A DNA stretch of 64,000 nucleotides from Cyanophora paradoxa CCMP329. Taxonomy: Eukaryota; Plantae; Glaucophyta. This document shows positions 1 through 12,000 of this stretch, one piece after another. Under the pieces are notes generated by a model. The model had not been told where the DNA came from. It did no database searches and saw only the letters and a list, made by a program, of their open reading frames with translations. The DNA is taken from the NCBI GenBank assembly GCA_004431415.1, contig QPMI01000618.1, forward strand, positions 1 to 64,000. Reading direction: 5' to 3'. Each line of letters begins with the position of its first letter. Position 1 is the stretch's first letter. The position numbers and the translations under genes were made by a program.

Positions 1-226
1 CCCGGCAAGTACAAACCTCTCGAGCTCTTGGCACCGCCAGCCGCCGCTCTGACGACGCCTGCTGAACCCGACCCCCCCCCCCCAACCACCCATTCCCGGC
101 TCGCTGAGTCGACGTCCCCCTCCCTCGTCGACCCAGCCGACACCCCAAACCTTGAACGACCCTCGACCATCCTCGTCCCTCCCCAGGCCTCGACCGACCC
201 CAGGCTCCGGATCCGGCCCCCACGCC

Positions 227-349
227 GGCTTCGGCCACCCCTTTGGCTTCGGCCACTAGTACTCCCCCGGCTTCGGCCACAATCTTGGCCTCGGCCACCC
301 CTCCGGCTTCGGCCCGGCTCTGGCTTCGGCCACCCCCCGGGCTTCGGCC
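227..349 (+). repeat. Seven GGCTTCGGCC motifs (one variant GGCCTCGGCC) with short spacers, present in every array unit
   Basis: Read directly. Periods are mostly 18 or 24 nt and translate as PASATP/LASATSTP/PASATI/LASATP. Confidence 0.9.
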
Positions 350-1339
350 GACCCTTTCCGACCCTCGCGGCCCGCCTTGCCTCCATGCTCCCAGCTCTCT
401 CAGAGAGTCTGCTCCGTCTGCAATTGTCCGCGCTCTCTCCACTCGGTCGTCTCCGCACCCCTCCCCGCCCCGCCCCGCATCCGCTGCCCACCCCGCTACT
501 GCCTCTGCGCACTCCCTCTCCTTCCTCCTCTCCTCCTACCACCTCCTTCACCTTGACAAGACAGGGCACGGACTAATCCGGGCCCTGGGGCGCAGGTGAG
601 GCGGAGTAGGGACCCGGAAGGCGGAGGAGTGGTGGTGCGGCGGCAAGGGAGGGCGGCGGACTGCGGGACCTTTCACTTCCAGGGCTCATGAGGGATGGAG
701 GAGTTGATCAAGGGGTGGGCGCGTGGGACTGGTTACGGCTATCGATATCCCCGAAAACCATGTCTCCCCCACTCAGGCGATCGCGAACCTCCATATTGAG
801 CGACCCAAGGCCGGCAACTTGCTAACACTTCAGCTAGATAGTCGACCGGTCGGAAGGGCACGTCACGTAGAACATTGCCCAAGTTGATACATGTGCCGTG
901 GTTTATCAATGCGACGTCCATCTGTGCAAACAAAGGAAGGGGGGGGGGGGGGCGGCGAGTATGTCAGGGGCTCATTTACGATTGATCATGATCTTGTTTG
1001 TTTTGAATTCATTAATTGCAGATGACAAGCTTAAGGGGGCCACGATTTCAGCGCGCGAGTGCGTGCGCGAATTCGAGTGCATGACCGAAAAGCATGCATT
1101 GCAACGATCGCGAACGTTCATGATCATGTTCGTTTGTGAAGGGGCGGAATATTCGCGCGCACGATTGCCGCCTGACCCGCCCTGAACGAAATGCATGCAT
1201 TGCAATACGACCGAGGCAGGAGCGCTCCTGATCGTGTTCGTTCGTGAACTTCTTTGTTTGCGCGTGCACGAATGGCCTGAACCGCGCGCACGCGATGCGC
1301 TAATGAATCGCTTTTGTTTTTCATTAATTCATTTGAAGA

Positions 1340-1453
1340 GGGGCCGACGATTTAAGGACCGACGATTTAACAGTGCGCGCGCGTGGTGCGTGCGCAACTT
1401 CGTGCCTGACCCGCGATGCGCTAAGGTCTGCGGTCTTTAAATTGTCGCGCCCC
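1340..1453. repeat. ~115-bp segment bounded by ~22-bp imperfect inverted repeats (MITE-like relic) in each unit
   Basis: GGGGCCGACGATTTAAGGACCG (1340-1361) versus the reverse complement of CGGTCTTTAAATTGTCGCGCCCC (1431-1453). No target-site duplication seen. Confidence 0.45.
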
Positions 1454-1536
1454 GGTATGTACTTGCGCAAGCAAGCTCAAGCAGCGGTTAAGATCTGCAA
1501 GGATCGGCGAATTCAATTAAGGCCCCCGCCGAGGGC

Positions 1537-3042
1537 CCTTCTTTCCCCCAATGCAAAAACCGGCTCTCTTTCGCCCCATCGGCCTTCCGATGCGACACGG
1601 AAAATACTCCCCTTCCCCGCCCAGCCCTCCTGCGCCCACAGCACACCTTCTGCACAGCCCTGGGCATCAACAAGACCACCACTTCATCCATCCAAAAGAC
1701 CTCGCGCTGCTACTCGACCATATCTCCGAGCAATCTGGAGGGACCGTCGGACCGATGCGCCCGCAACCATTCCTGGGAAATCCGACAAGGCATCACCGAT
1801 AGGACCAAACGTAGATTTCGCAGCGGAAGCGGAAGCCGGGTCCCCGCCCTCCCCGGCCCCCCCCCCCCCCCCCCCCCCGCCCTCTCCCCTCTCCCTTCAC
1901 AATACCATTTGCAAAAAAAACCATCGATATCCGCCGGTTGCGTCCTCTCCGCCTCCCACCCCGCCTCTCCGCCGGTTGCGTCCTCCCTCCCATCAATTGC
2001 ACGCAACCCTCAATTCTTCGCGGGCCGCACGCTTGCAGCCCCGGTCCCTCAGACAGCAGAACAGTAGACGCTAATTATAAAGCTAAACGAGAGCCTAGCG
2101 GCCAGCACCCTGCCCACCCCGTCCTCAGGGTCCAACCCCTTCTTGCAACCGTCCAAACGTCCCGCTCCCCCCCCCCCTTGCCCTTCCAAGCGCGCGTGCC
2201 CGTCCCCCTCTCCACGCAAACGAGCAGCTGACGCTCTTCCCGGGCCAGTCCCTGACTCCAAACGCTCGCGTCCCGTGGCCCCTACCCCTCGAGCTCCCGC
2301 CCCTCCGCCCGCCTTATACATATAATTACCTAAACCCACGACTAATTATATATAAAAGGACGGCGGCCGGCCGCAAGACGATCAAGCGTGTAACCAAAAA
2401 CTTTTTAAAGCGAGAACGGTGCCCGCAGGACACCTCACTTTCACGTCCCTTTTCGCACCCGGCAAGTACAAACCTCTCGAGCTCGTGGCACCGCCAGCCG
2501 CCGCTCTGACGACGCCTGCTGAACCCGACCCCCCCCCCCCCCCAACCACCCATTCCCGGCTCGCTGAGTCGACGTCCCCTCCCTCGTCGACCCAGCCGAC
2601 ACCCCAAACCTTGAACGACCCTCGACCATCCTCGGTCCCTCCCCAGGCCTCGACCGACCCCCAGGCTCCGGATCCGGCCCCACGCCGGCTTCGGCCACCC
2701 CTTTGGCTTCGGCCACTAGTACTCCCCCGGCTTCGGCCACAATCTTGGCCTCGGCCACCCCTCCGGCTTCGGCCCGGCTCTGGCTTCGGCCACCCCCCCG
2801 GCTTCGGCCGACCCTTTCCGACCCCTCGCGGCCCGCCTTGCCTCCATGCTCCCAGCTCTCTCAGAGAGTCTGCTCCGTCTGCAATTGTCCGCGCTCTCTC
2901 CACTCGGTCGTCTCCGCACCCCTCCCCGCCCCGCCCCGCATCCGCTGCCCACCCCCTGCTACTGCCTCTGCGCACTCCCTCTCCTTCCTCCTCTCCTCCT
3001 CCTACCACCTCCTTCACCTTGACAAGACAGGGCACGGACTAA
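1537..3042 (+). pseudogene. Decayed, 5'-truncated reading frame in the repeat unit (helical segment, NLS-like stretches, Pro/Ser/Ala-rich tail); one unit shown
   Basis: Protein-like pieces recur across copies: HTFCTALGINKTTTSSIQKDLALLLDQYLRAIWRDRR, PSPRKRAADA..SKRSRP, PASAT repeats, ending TLTRQGTD*. The frames are broken, including a shared shift within the PASAT repeats. Confidence 0.4.
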
Positions 3043-6000
3043 TCCGGGCCCTGGGGCGCAGGTGAGGCGGAGTAGGGACCCGGAAGGCGGAGGAGTGGTG
3101 GTGCGGCGGCAAGGGAGGGCGGCGGACTGCGGGACCTTTCACTTCCAGGGCTCATGAGGGATGGAGGAGTTGATCAAGGGGTGGGCGCGTGGGACTGGTT
3201 ACGGCTATCGATATCCCCGAAAACCATGTCTCCCCCACTCAGGCGATCGCGAACCTCCCATATTGAGCGACCCAAGGCCGGCAACTTGCTAACACTTCAG
3301 CTAGATAGTCGACCGGTCGGAAGGGCACGTCACGTAGAACATTGCCAAGTTGATACATGTGCCGTGGTTTATCAATGCGACGTCCATCTGTGCAAACAAA
3401 GGAAGGGGGGGGGGGGGCGGCGAGTATGTCAGGGGCTCATTTACGATTGATCATGATCTTGTTTGTTTTGAATTCATTAATTGCAGATGACAAGCTTAAG
3501 GGGGCCACGATTTCAGCGCGCGAGTGCGTGCGCGAATTCGAGTGCATGACCGAAAAGCATGCATTGCAACGATCGCGAACGTTCATGATCATGTTCGTTT
3601 GTGAAGGGGCGCGAATATTCGCGCGCACGATTGCCGCGCCTGACCCGCCCTGAACGAAATGCATGCATTGCAATACGACCGAGGCAGGAGCGCTCCTGAT
3701 CGTGTTCGTTCGTGAACTTCTTTGTTTCGCGCGTGCACGAATGGCCTGAACCGCGCGCACGCGATGCGCTAATGAATCGCTTTTGTTTTTCATTAATTCA
3801 TTTGAAGAGGGGCCGACGATTTAAGGACCGACGATTTAACAGTGCGCGCGCGTGGTGCGTGCGCAACTTCGTGCCTGACCCGCGATGCGCTAAGGTCTGC
3901 GGTCTTTAAATTGTCGCGCCCCGGTATGTACTTGCGCAAGCAAGCTCAAGCAGCGGTTAAGATCTGCAAGGATCGGCGAATTCAATTAAGGCCCCCGCCG
4001 AGGGCCTTCTTTCCCCCAATGCAAAACCGGCTCTCTTCGCCATCGGCCTTCCCGATGCGACACGGAAATACTCCCCTTCCCCGCCCCAGCCCTCCTGCGC
4101 CCACAGCACACCTTCTGCACAGCCCTGGCATCAACAAGACCACCACTTCATCCATCCAAAAAGACCTCGCGCTGCTAACTCGACCAATATCTCCGAGCAA
4201 TCTGGAGGGACCGTCGGACCCGATGCGCCCGCAACCATTCCTGGGAAATCCGACAAGGCATACCGATAGGACCAAACGTAGATTTCGCAGCGGAAGCGGA
4301 AGCCGGGTCCCCGCCCTCCCCGGGCCCCCCCTCCCCCCCCCTCCCCCGCCCTCTCCCCCCCCCCCTCCCCTTCACAATACCATTTGCAAAAAAAACCATC
4401 GATATCCGCCGGTTGCGTCCTCTCCGCCTCCCACCCCGCCTCTCCGCCGGTTGCGTCCTCCCTCCCATCAATTGCACGCAACCCTCAATTCTTCGCGGGC
4501 CGCACGCTTGCAGCCCCGGTCCCTCAGACAGCAGAACAGTAGACGCTAATTATAAAGCTAAACGAGAGCCTAGCGGCCAGCACCCTGCCACCCCGTCCTC
4601 AGGGTCCAACCCCTTCTTGCAACCGTCCCAAACGTCCCGCTCCCCCCCTTGCCCCTTCCCCCAAGCGCGCGTGCCCGTCCCCCTCTCCACGCAAACGAGC
4701 AGCTGACGCTCTTCCCGGGCCAGTCCCTGACTCCAAACGCTCGCGTCCCGTGGCCCCTACCCCTCGAGCTCCCGCCCCTCCGCCCGCCTTATACATATAA
4801 TTACCTAAACCCACGACTAATTATATATAAAAGGACGGCGGCCGGCCGCAAGACGATCAAGCGTGTAACCAAAAACTTTTTAAAGCGAGAACGGTGCCCG
4901 CAGGACACCTCACTTTCACGTCCCTTTTCGCACCCGGCAAGTACAAACCTCTCGAGCTCGTGGCACCGCCAGCCGCCGCTCTGACGACGCCTGCTGAACC
5001 CCACCCCCCCCCCCCCCCCCCCCACCCCCCCCCCCACCACCCAATTCCCGGCTCGCTGAGTCGACGTCCCCTCCCTCGTCGACCCAGCCGACACCCCAAC
5101 CTTGAACGACCCTCGACCATCCTCGGTCCCTCCCCAGGCCTCGATCGACCCCCAGGCTCCGGATCCGGCCCCCACGCCGCTTCGGCCACCCCTTTGGCTT
5201 CGGCCACTAGTACTCCCCGGCTTCGGCCACAATCTTGGCCTCGGCCAACCCTCCGGCTTCGGCCCGGCTCTGGCTTCGGCCACCCCCCGGCTTCGGCCGA
5301 CCCTTCCGACCCTCGCGGCCCGCCTTGCCTCCATGCTCCCAGCTCTCTCAGAGAGTCTGCTCCGTCTGCAATTGTCCCGCGCTCTCTCCACTCGGTCGTC
5401 TCCGCACCCCTCCCCGCCCCGCCCCGCATCCGCTGCCCACCCCCTGCTACTGCCTCTGCGCACTCCTCTCCTTCCTCCTCTCCTCCTCCTACCACCTCCT
5501 TCACCTTGACAAGACAGGGCACGACTAATCCGGGCCCTGGGGCGCAGGTGAGGCGGAGTAGGGACCCGGAAGGCGGAGGAGTGTGGTGCGCGGCAAGGAG
5601 GGCGGCGGACTGCGGACCTTTCACTTCCAGGGCTCATGAGGGATGGAGGAGTTGATCAAGGGGTGGGGCGCGTGGGACTGGTTACGGCTATCGATATCCC
5701 GAAAACCATGTCTCCCCACTCAGGCGATCGCGAACCTCCCATATTGAGCGACCCAAGGCGGCAACTTGCTAACACTTCAGCTAGATAGTCGACCGGTCGG
5801 AAGGGCAACGTCACGTAGAACATTGCCAAGTTGATACATGTGCCGTGGTTTATCAATGCGACGTCCATCTGTGCAAACAAAGGGAAGGGGGGGGGGGCGG
5901 CGAGTATGTCAGGGCTCATTTACGATTGATCATGATCTTGTTGTTTTGAATTCATTAATTGCAGATGACAAGCTTAAGGGGCCACGATTTCAGCGCGCGA

Positions 6001-9000
6001 GTGCGTGCGCGAATTCGAGTGCATGACCGAAAAAGCATGCATTGCAACGATCGCAACGTTCATGATCATGTTCGTTTGTGAAGGGGCGCGAATATTCGCT
6101 GCGCACGATTGCCGGCCTGACCCGCCCTGAACGAAATGCATGCATTGCAATACGACCGAGGCAGGAGCGCTCCTGATCGTGTTCGTTCGTGAACTTCTTT
6201 GTTTCGCGCGTGCACGAATGGCCTGAACCGCGCGCACGCGATGCGCTAATGAATCGCTTTTGTTTTTCATTAATTCATTTGAAGAGGGCCGACGATTAAG
6301 GACCGACGATTTAACAGTGCGCGCGCGTGGTGCGTGCGCAACTTCGTGCCTGACCCGCGATGCGCTAAGGTCTGCGGTCTTTAAATTGTCGCGCCCCGGT
6401 ATGTACTTGCGCAAGCAAGCTCAAGCAGCGGTTAAGATCTGCAAGGATCGGCGAATTCAATTAAGGCCCCCGCCGAGGGCCCTTCTTTCCCCCAATGCAA
6501 AACCGGCTCTCTTTCGCCCCATCGGCCTTCCCGATGCGACACGGAAAATACTCCCCTTCCCCGCCCCAGCCCTCCTGCGCCCACAGCACACCTTCTGCAC
6601 AGCCCTGGGCATCAACAAGACCACCACTTCATCCATCCAAAAAGACCTCGCGCTGCTACTCGACCAATATCTCCGAGCAATCTGGAGGGACCGTCGGACC
6701 GATGCGCCCGCAACCATTCCTGGGAAATCCGACAAGGCATCACCGATAGGACCAAACGTAGATTTCGCAGCGGAAGCGGAAGCCGGGTCCCCGCCCTCCC
6801 CGGCCCCCCCTCCCCCCCCCTCCCCCGCCCTCTCCCCCTCCCCTCCCTTCACAATACCATTTGCAAAAAAACCATCGATATCCGCCGGTTGCGTCCTCTC
6901 CGCCTCCCACCCCGCCTCTCCGCCGGTTGCGTCCTCCCTCCCATCAATTGCACGCAACCCTCAATTCTTCGCGGGCCGCACGCTTGCAGCCCCGGTCCCT
7001 CAGACAGCAGAACAGTAGACGCTAATTATAAAGCTAAACGAGAGCCTAGCGGCCAGCACCCTGCCCACCCGTCCTCAGGTCCAACCCCTTCTTGCAACCG
7101 TCCAAACGTCCCGCTCCCCCCCTTGCCCCTTCCCCCAAGCGCGCGTGCCCGTCCCCCTCTCCACGCAAACGAGCAGCTGACGCTCTTCCCGGGCCAGTCC
7201 CTGACTCCAAACGCTCGCGTCCCGTGGCCCCTACCCCTCGAGCTCCCGCCCTCCGCCCGCCTTATACATATAATTACCTAAACCCACGACTAATTATATA
7301 TAAAAGGACGGCGGCCGGCCGCAAGACGATCAAGCGTGTAACCAAAAACTTTTTAAAGCGAGAACGGTGCCCGCAGGACACCTCACTTTCACGTCCCTTT
7401 CGCACCGGCAAGTACAAACCTCTCGAGCTCGTGCACCGCCAGCCGCCGCTCTGACGACGCCTGCTGAACCCGACCCCCCCCCCCCCCACCACCCATTCCC
7501 GGCTCGCTGAGTCGACGTCCCCTCCTCGTCGACCCAGCCGACACCCCAAACCTTGAACGACCCTCGACCATCCTCGGTCCCTCCCCAGGCCTCGATCGAC
7601 CCCCAGGCTCCGGATCCGGCCCCCACGCCGGCTTCGGCCACCCCTTGGCTTCGGCCACTAGTACTCCCGGCTTCGGCCACAATCTTGGCCTCGGCCACCC
7701 CTCCGGCTTCGGCCCGGCTCTGGCTTCGGCCACCCCCCGGCTTCGGCCGACCCTTTCGACCCCTCGCGGCCCGCCTTGCCTCCATGCTCCCAGCTCTCTC
7801 AGAGAGTCTGCTCCGTCTGCAATTGTCCGCGCTCTCTCCACTCGGTCGTCTCCGCACCCCTCCCCGCCCCGCCCCGCATCCGCTGCCCACCCCCTGCTAC
7901 TGCCTCTGCGCACTCCCTCTCCTTCCTCCTCTCCTCCTCCTACCACCTCCTTCACCTTGACAAGACAGGGCACGGACTAATCCGGGCCCTGGGGCGCAGG
8001 TGAGGCGGAGTAGGGACCCGGAAGGCGGAGGAGTGGTGGTGCGGCGGCAAGGGAGGGCGGCGGACTGCGGGACCTTTCACTTCCAGGGCTCATGAGGGAT
8101 GGAGGAGTTGATCAAGGGTGGGCGCGTGGGACTGGTTACGGCTATCGATATCCCCGAAAACCATGTCTCCCCCACTCAGGCGATCGCGAACCTCCCATAT
8201 TGAGCGACCCAAGGCCGGCAACTTGCTAACACTTCAGCTAGATAGTCGACCGGTCGGAAGGGCACGTCACGTAGAACATTGCAAGTTGATACATGTGCCG
8301 TGGTTTATCAATGCGACGTCCATCTGTGCAAACAAAGGAAGGGGGGGGGGGGGGGCGGCGAGTATGTCAGGGGCTCATTTACGATTGATCATGATCTTGT
8401 TTGTTTTGAATTCATTAATTGCAGATGACAAGCTTAAGGGGCCACGATTTCAGCGCGCGAGTGCGTGCGCGAATTCGAGTGCATGACCGAAAAGCATGCA
8501 TTGCAACGATCGCGAACGTTCATGATCATGTTCGTTTGTGAAGGGGCGCGAATATTCGCGCGCACGATTGCCGCGCCTGACCCGCCCTGAACGAAATGCA
8601 TGCATTGCAATACGACCGAGGCAGGAGCGCTCCTGATCGTGTTCGTTCGTGAACTTCTTTGTTTCGCGCGTGCACGAATGGCCTGAACCGCGCGCACGCG
8701 ATGCGCTAATGAATCGCTTTTGTTTTTCATTAATTCATTTGAAGAGGGGCCGACGATTTAAGGACCGACGATTTAACAGTGCGCGCGCGTGGTGCGTGCG
8801 CAACTTCGTGCCTGACCCGCGATGCGCTAAGGTCTGCGGTCTTTAAATTGTCGCGCCCCGGTATGTACTTGCGCAAGCAAGCTCAAGCAGCGGTTAAGAT
8901 CTGCAAGGATCGGCGAATTCAATTAAGGCCCCGCCGAGGGCCCTTCTTTCCCCAATGCAAAACCGGCTCTCTTTCGCCCCATCGGCCTTCCCGATGCGAC

Positions 9001-12000
9001 ACGGAAAATACTCCCTTCCCCGCCCCAGCCCTCCTGCGCCACAGCACACCTTCTGCACAGCCCTGGGCATCAACAAGACCACCACTTCATCCATCAAAAA
9101 GACCTCGCGCTGCTACTCGACCAATATCTCCGAGCAATCTGGAGGGACCGTCGGACCGATGCGCCCGCAACCATTCCTGGAAATCCGACAAGGCATCACC
9201 GATAGGACCAAACGTAGATTTCGCAGCGGAAGCGGAAGCCGGGTCCCGCCCTCCCGGCCCCCCTCCCCCCCTCCCCCGCCCTCTCCCCCCCCCTCCCTTC
9301 ACAATACCATTTGCAAAAAAACCATCGATATCCGCCGGTTGCGTCCTCTCCGCCTCCCACCCGCCTCTCCGCCGGTTGCGTCCTCCCTCCCATCAATTGC
9401 ACGCAACCCTCAATTCTTCGCGGGCCGCACGCTTGCAGCCCCGGTCCCTCAGACAGCAGAACAGTAGACGCTAATTATAAAGCTAAACGAGAGCCTAGCG
9501 GCCAGCACCCTGCCCAACCCGTCCTCAGGGTCCAACCCCTTCTTGCAACCGTCCAAACGTCCCGCTCCCCCCTTGCCCCTTCCCCCAAGCGCGCGTGCCC
9601 GTCCCCCTCTCCACGCAAACGAGCAGCTGACGCTCTTCCCGGGCCAGTCCCTGACTCCAAACGCTCGCGTCCCGTGGCCCTACCCCTCGAGCTCCCGCCC
9701 CTCCGCCCGCCTTATACATATAATTACCTAAACCCACGACTAATTATATATAAAAGGACGGCGGCCGGCCGCAAGACGATCAAGCGTGTAACCAAAAACT
9801 TTTTAAAGCGAGAACGGTGCCCGCAGGACACCTCACTTTCACGTCCCTTTTCGCACCCGGCAAGTACAAACCTCTCGAGCTCGTGGCACCGCCAGCCGCC
9901 GCTCTGACGACGCCTGCTGAACCCGACCCCCCCCCCCCCCCCCCCAACCACCCATTCCCGGCTCGCTGAGTCGACGTCCCCTCCCTCGTCGACCCAGCCG
10001 ACACCCCAAACCTTGAACGACCCTCGACCATCCTCGGTCCCTCCCCAGGCCTCGACCGACCCCCAGGCTCCGGATCCGGCCCCCACGCCGGCTTCGGCCA
10101 CCCCTTTGGCTTCGGCCACTAGTACTCCCCCGGCTTCGGCCACAATCTTGGCCTCGGCCACCCCTCCGGCTTCGGCCCGGCTCTGGCTTCGGCCACCCCC
10201 CCGGCTTCGGCCGACCCTTTCCGACCCCTCGCGGCCCGCCTTGCCTCCATGCTCCCAGCTCTCTCAGAGAGTCTGCTCCGTCTGCAATTGTCCGCGCTCT
10301 CTCCACTCGGTCGTCTCCGCACCCCTCCCCGCCCCGCCCCGCATCCGCTGCCCACCCCCTGCTACTGCCTCTGCGCACTCCCTCTCCTTCCTCCTCTCCT
10401 CCTCCTACCACCTCCTTCACCTTGACAAGACAGGGCACGGACTAATCCGGGCCCTGGGGCGCAGGTGAGGCGGAGTAGGACCCGGAAGGCGGAGGAGTGG
10501 TGGTGCGGCGGCAAGGGAGGGCGGCGGACTGCGGGACCTTTCACTTCCAGGGCTCATGAGGGATGGAGGAGTTGATCAAGGGTGGGCGCGTGGGACTGGT
10601 TACGGCTATCGATATCCCGAAAACCATGTCTCCCCCACTCAGGCGATCGCGAACCTCCCATATTGAGCGATCCAAGGCCGGCAACTTGCTAACACTTCAG
10701 CTAGATAGTCGACCGGTCGGAAGGGCACGTCACGTAGAACATTGCCAAGTTGATACATGTGCCGTGGTTTATCAATGCGACGTCCATCTGTGCAAACAAA
10801 GGAAGGGGGGGGGGGGCGGCGAGTATGTCAGGGGCTCATTTACGATTGATCATGATCTTGTTTGTTTTGAATTCATTAATTGCAGATGACAAGCTTAAGG
10901 GGACCACGATTTCAGCGCGCGAGTGCGTGCGCGAATTCGAGTGCATGACCGAAAAGCATGCATTGCAACGATCGCGAACGTTCATGATCATGTTCGTTTG
11001 TGAAGGGGCGCGAATATTCGCGCGCACGATTGCCGCGCCTGACCCGCCCTGAACGAAATGCATGCATTGCAATACGACCGAGGCAGGAGCGTCCTGATCG
11101 TGTTCGTTCGTGAACTTCTTTGTTTCGCGCGTGCACGAATGGCCTGAACCGCGCGCACGCGATGCGCTAATGAATCGCTTTTGTTTTTCATTAATTCATT
11201 TGAAGAGGGGCCGACGATTTAAGGACCGACGATTTAACAGTGCGCGCGCGTGGTGCGTGCGCAACTTCGTGCCTGACCCGCGATGCGCTAAGGTCTGCGG
11301 TCTTTAAATTGTCGCGCCCCGGTATGTACTTGCGCAAGCAAGCTCAAGCAGCGGTTAAGATCTGCAAGGATCGGCGAATTCAATTAAGGCCCCCGCCGAG
11401 GGCCCTTCTTTCCCCCAATGCAAAACCGGCTCTCTTTCGCCCCATCGGCCTTCCCGATGCGACACGGAAAATACTCCCCTTCCCCGCCCCAGCCCTCCTG
11501 CGCCCACAGCACACCTTCTGCACAGCCCTGGGCATCAACAAGACCACCACTTCATCCATCCAAAAAGACCTCGCGCTGCTACTCGACCAATATCTCCGAG
11601 CAATCTGGAGGGACCGTCGGACCGATGCGCCCGCAACCATTCCTGGGAAATCCGACAAGGCATCACCGATAGGACCAAACGTAGATTTCGCAGCGGAAGC
11701 GGAAGCCGGGTCCCGCCCTCCCCGGCCCCCCCCCCCCCCCCCCCGCCCTCTCCCCCCCCCTCCCTTCACAATACCATTTGCAAAAAAACCATCGATATCC
11801 GCCGGTTGCGTCCTCTCCGCCTCCCACCCCGCCTCTCCGCCGGTTGCGTCCTCCCTCCCATCAATTGCACGCAACCCTCAATTCTTCGCGGGCCGCACGC
11901 TTGCAGCCCCGGTCCCTCAGACAGCAGAACAGTAGACGCTAATTATAAAGCTAAACGAGAGCCTAGCGGCCAGCACCCTGCCCACCCCGTCCTCAGGGTC

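Noticed and set aside
227-349. CRISPR-like repeat-spacer array
   Set aside because: The 10-bp repeats and 6-14-bp spacers are far too short, identical across units, in a eukaryotic context, with no cas genes.
48-935. Hammerhead (CTGACGA) or HDV-like ribozyme in the unit
   Set aside because: No GAAA core with matching stems after CTGACGA. The GGCACGT/ATGTGCC and TTGATA/TATCAA pairings lack the P3/P4 elements of HDV.
1-2457. rDNA, 5S, snRNA or tRNA tandem unit
   Set aside because: No conserved rRNA, snRNA or tRNA motifs recognised; a covariance-model search would be needed to exclude divergent RNAs.
3322-3400. piggyBac-type Cys-rich domain (EHCQVDTCAVVYQCDVHLC)
   Set aside because: Cys spacing is incomplete, and there is no transposase core or TTAA-flanked terminal inverted repeat.
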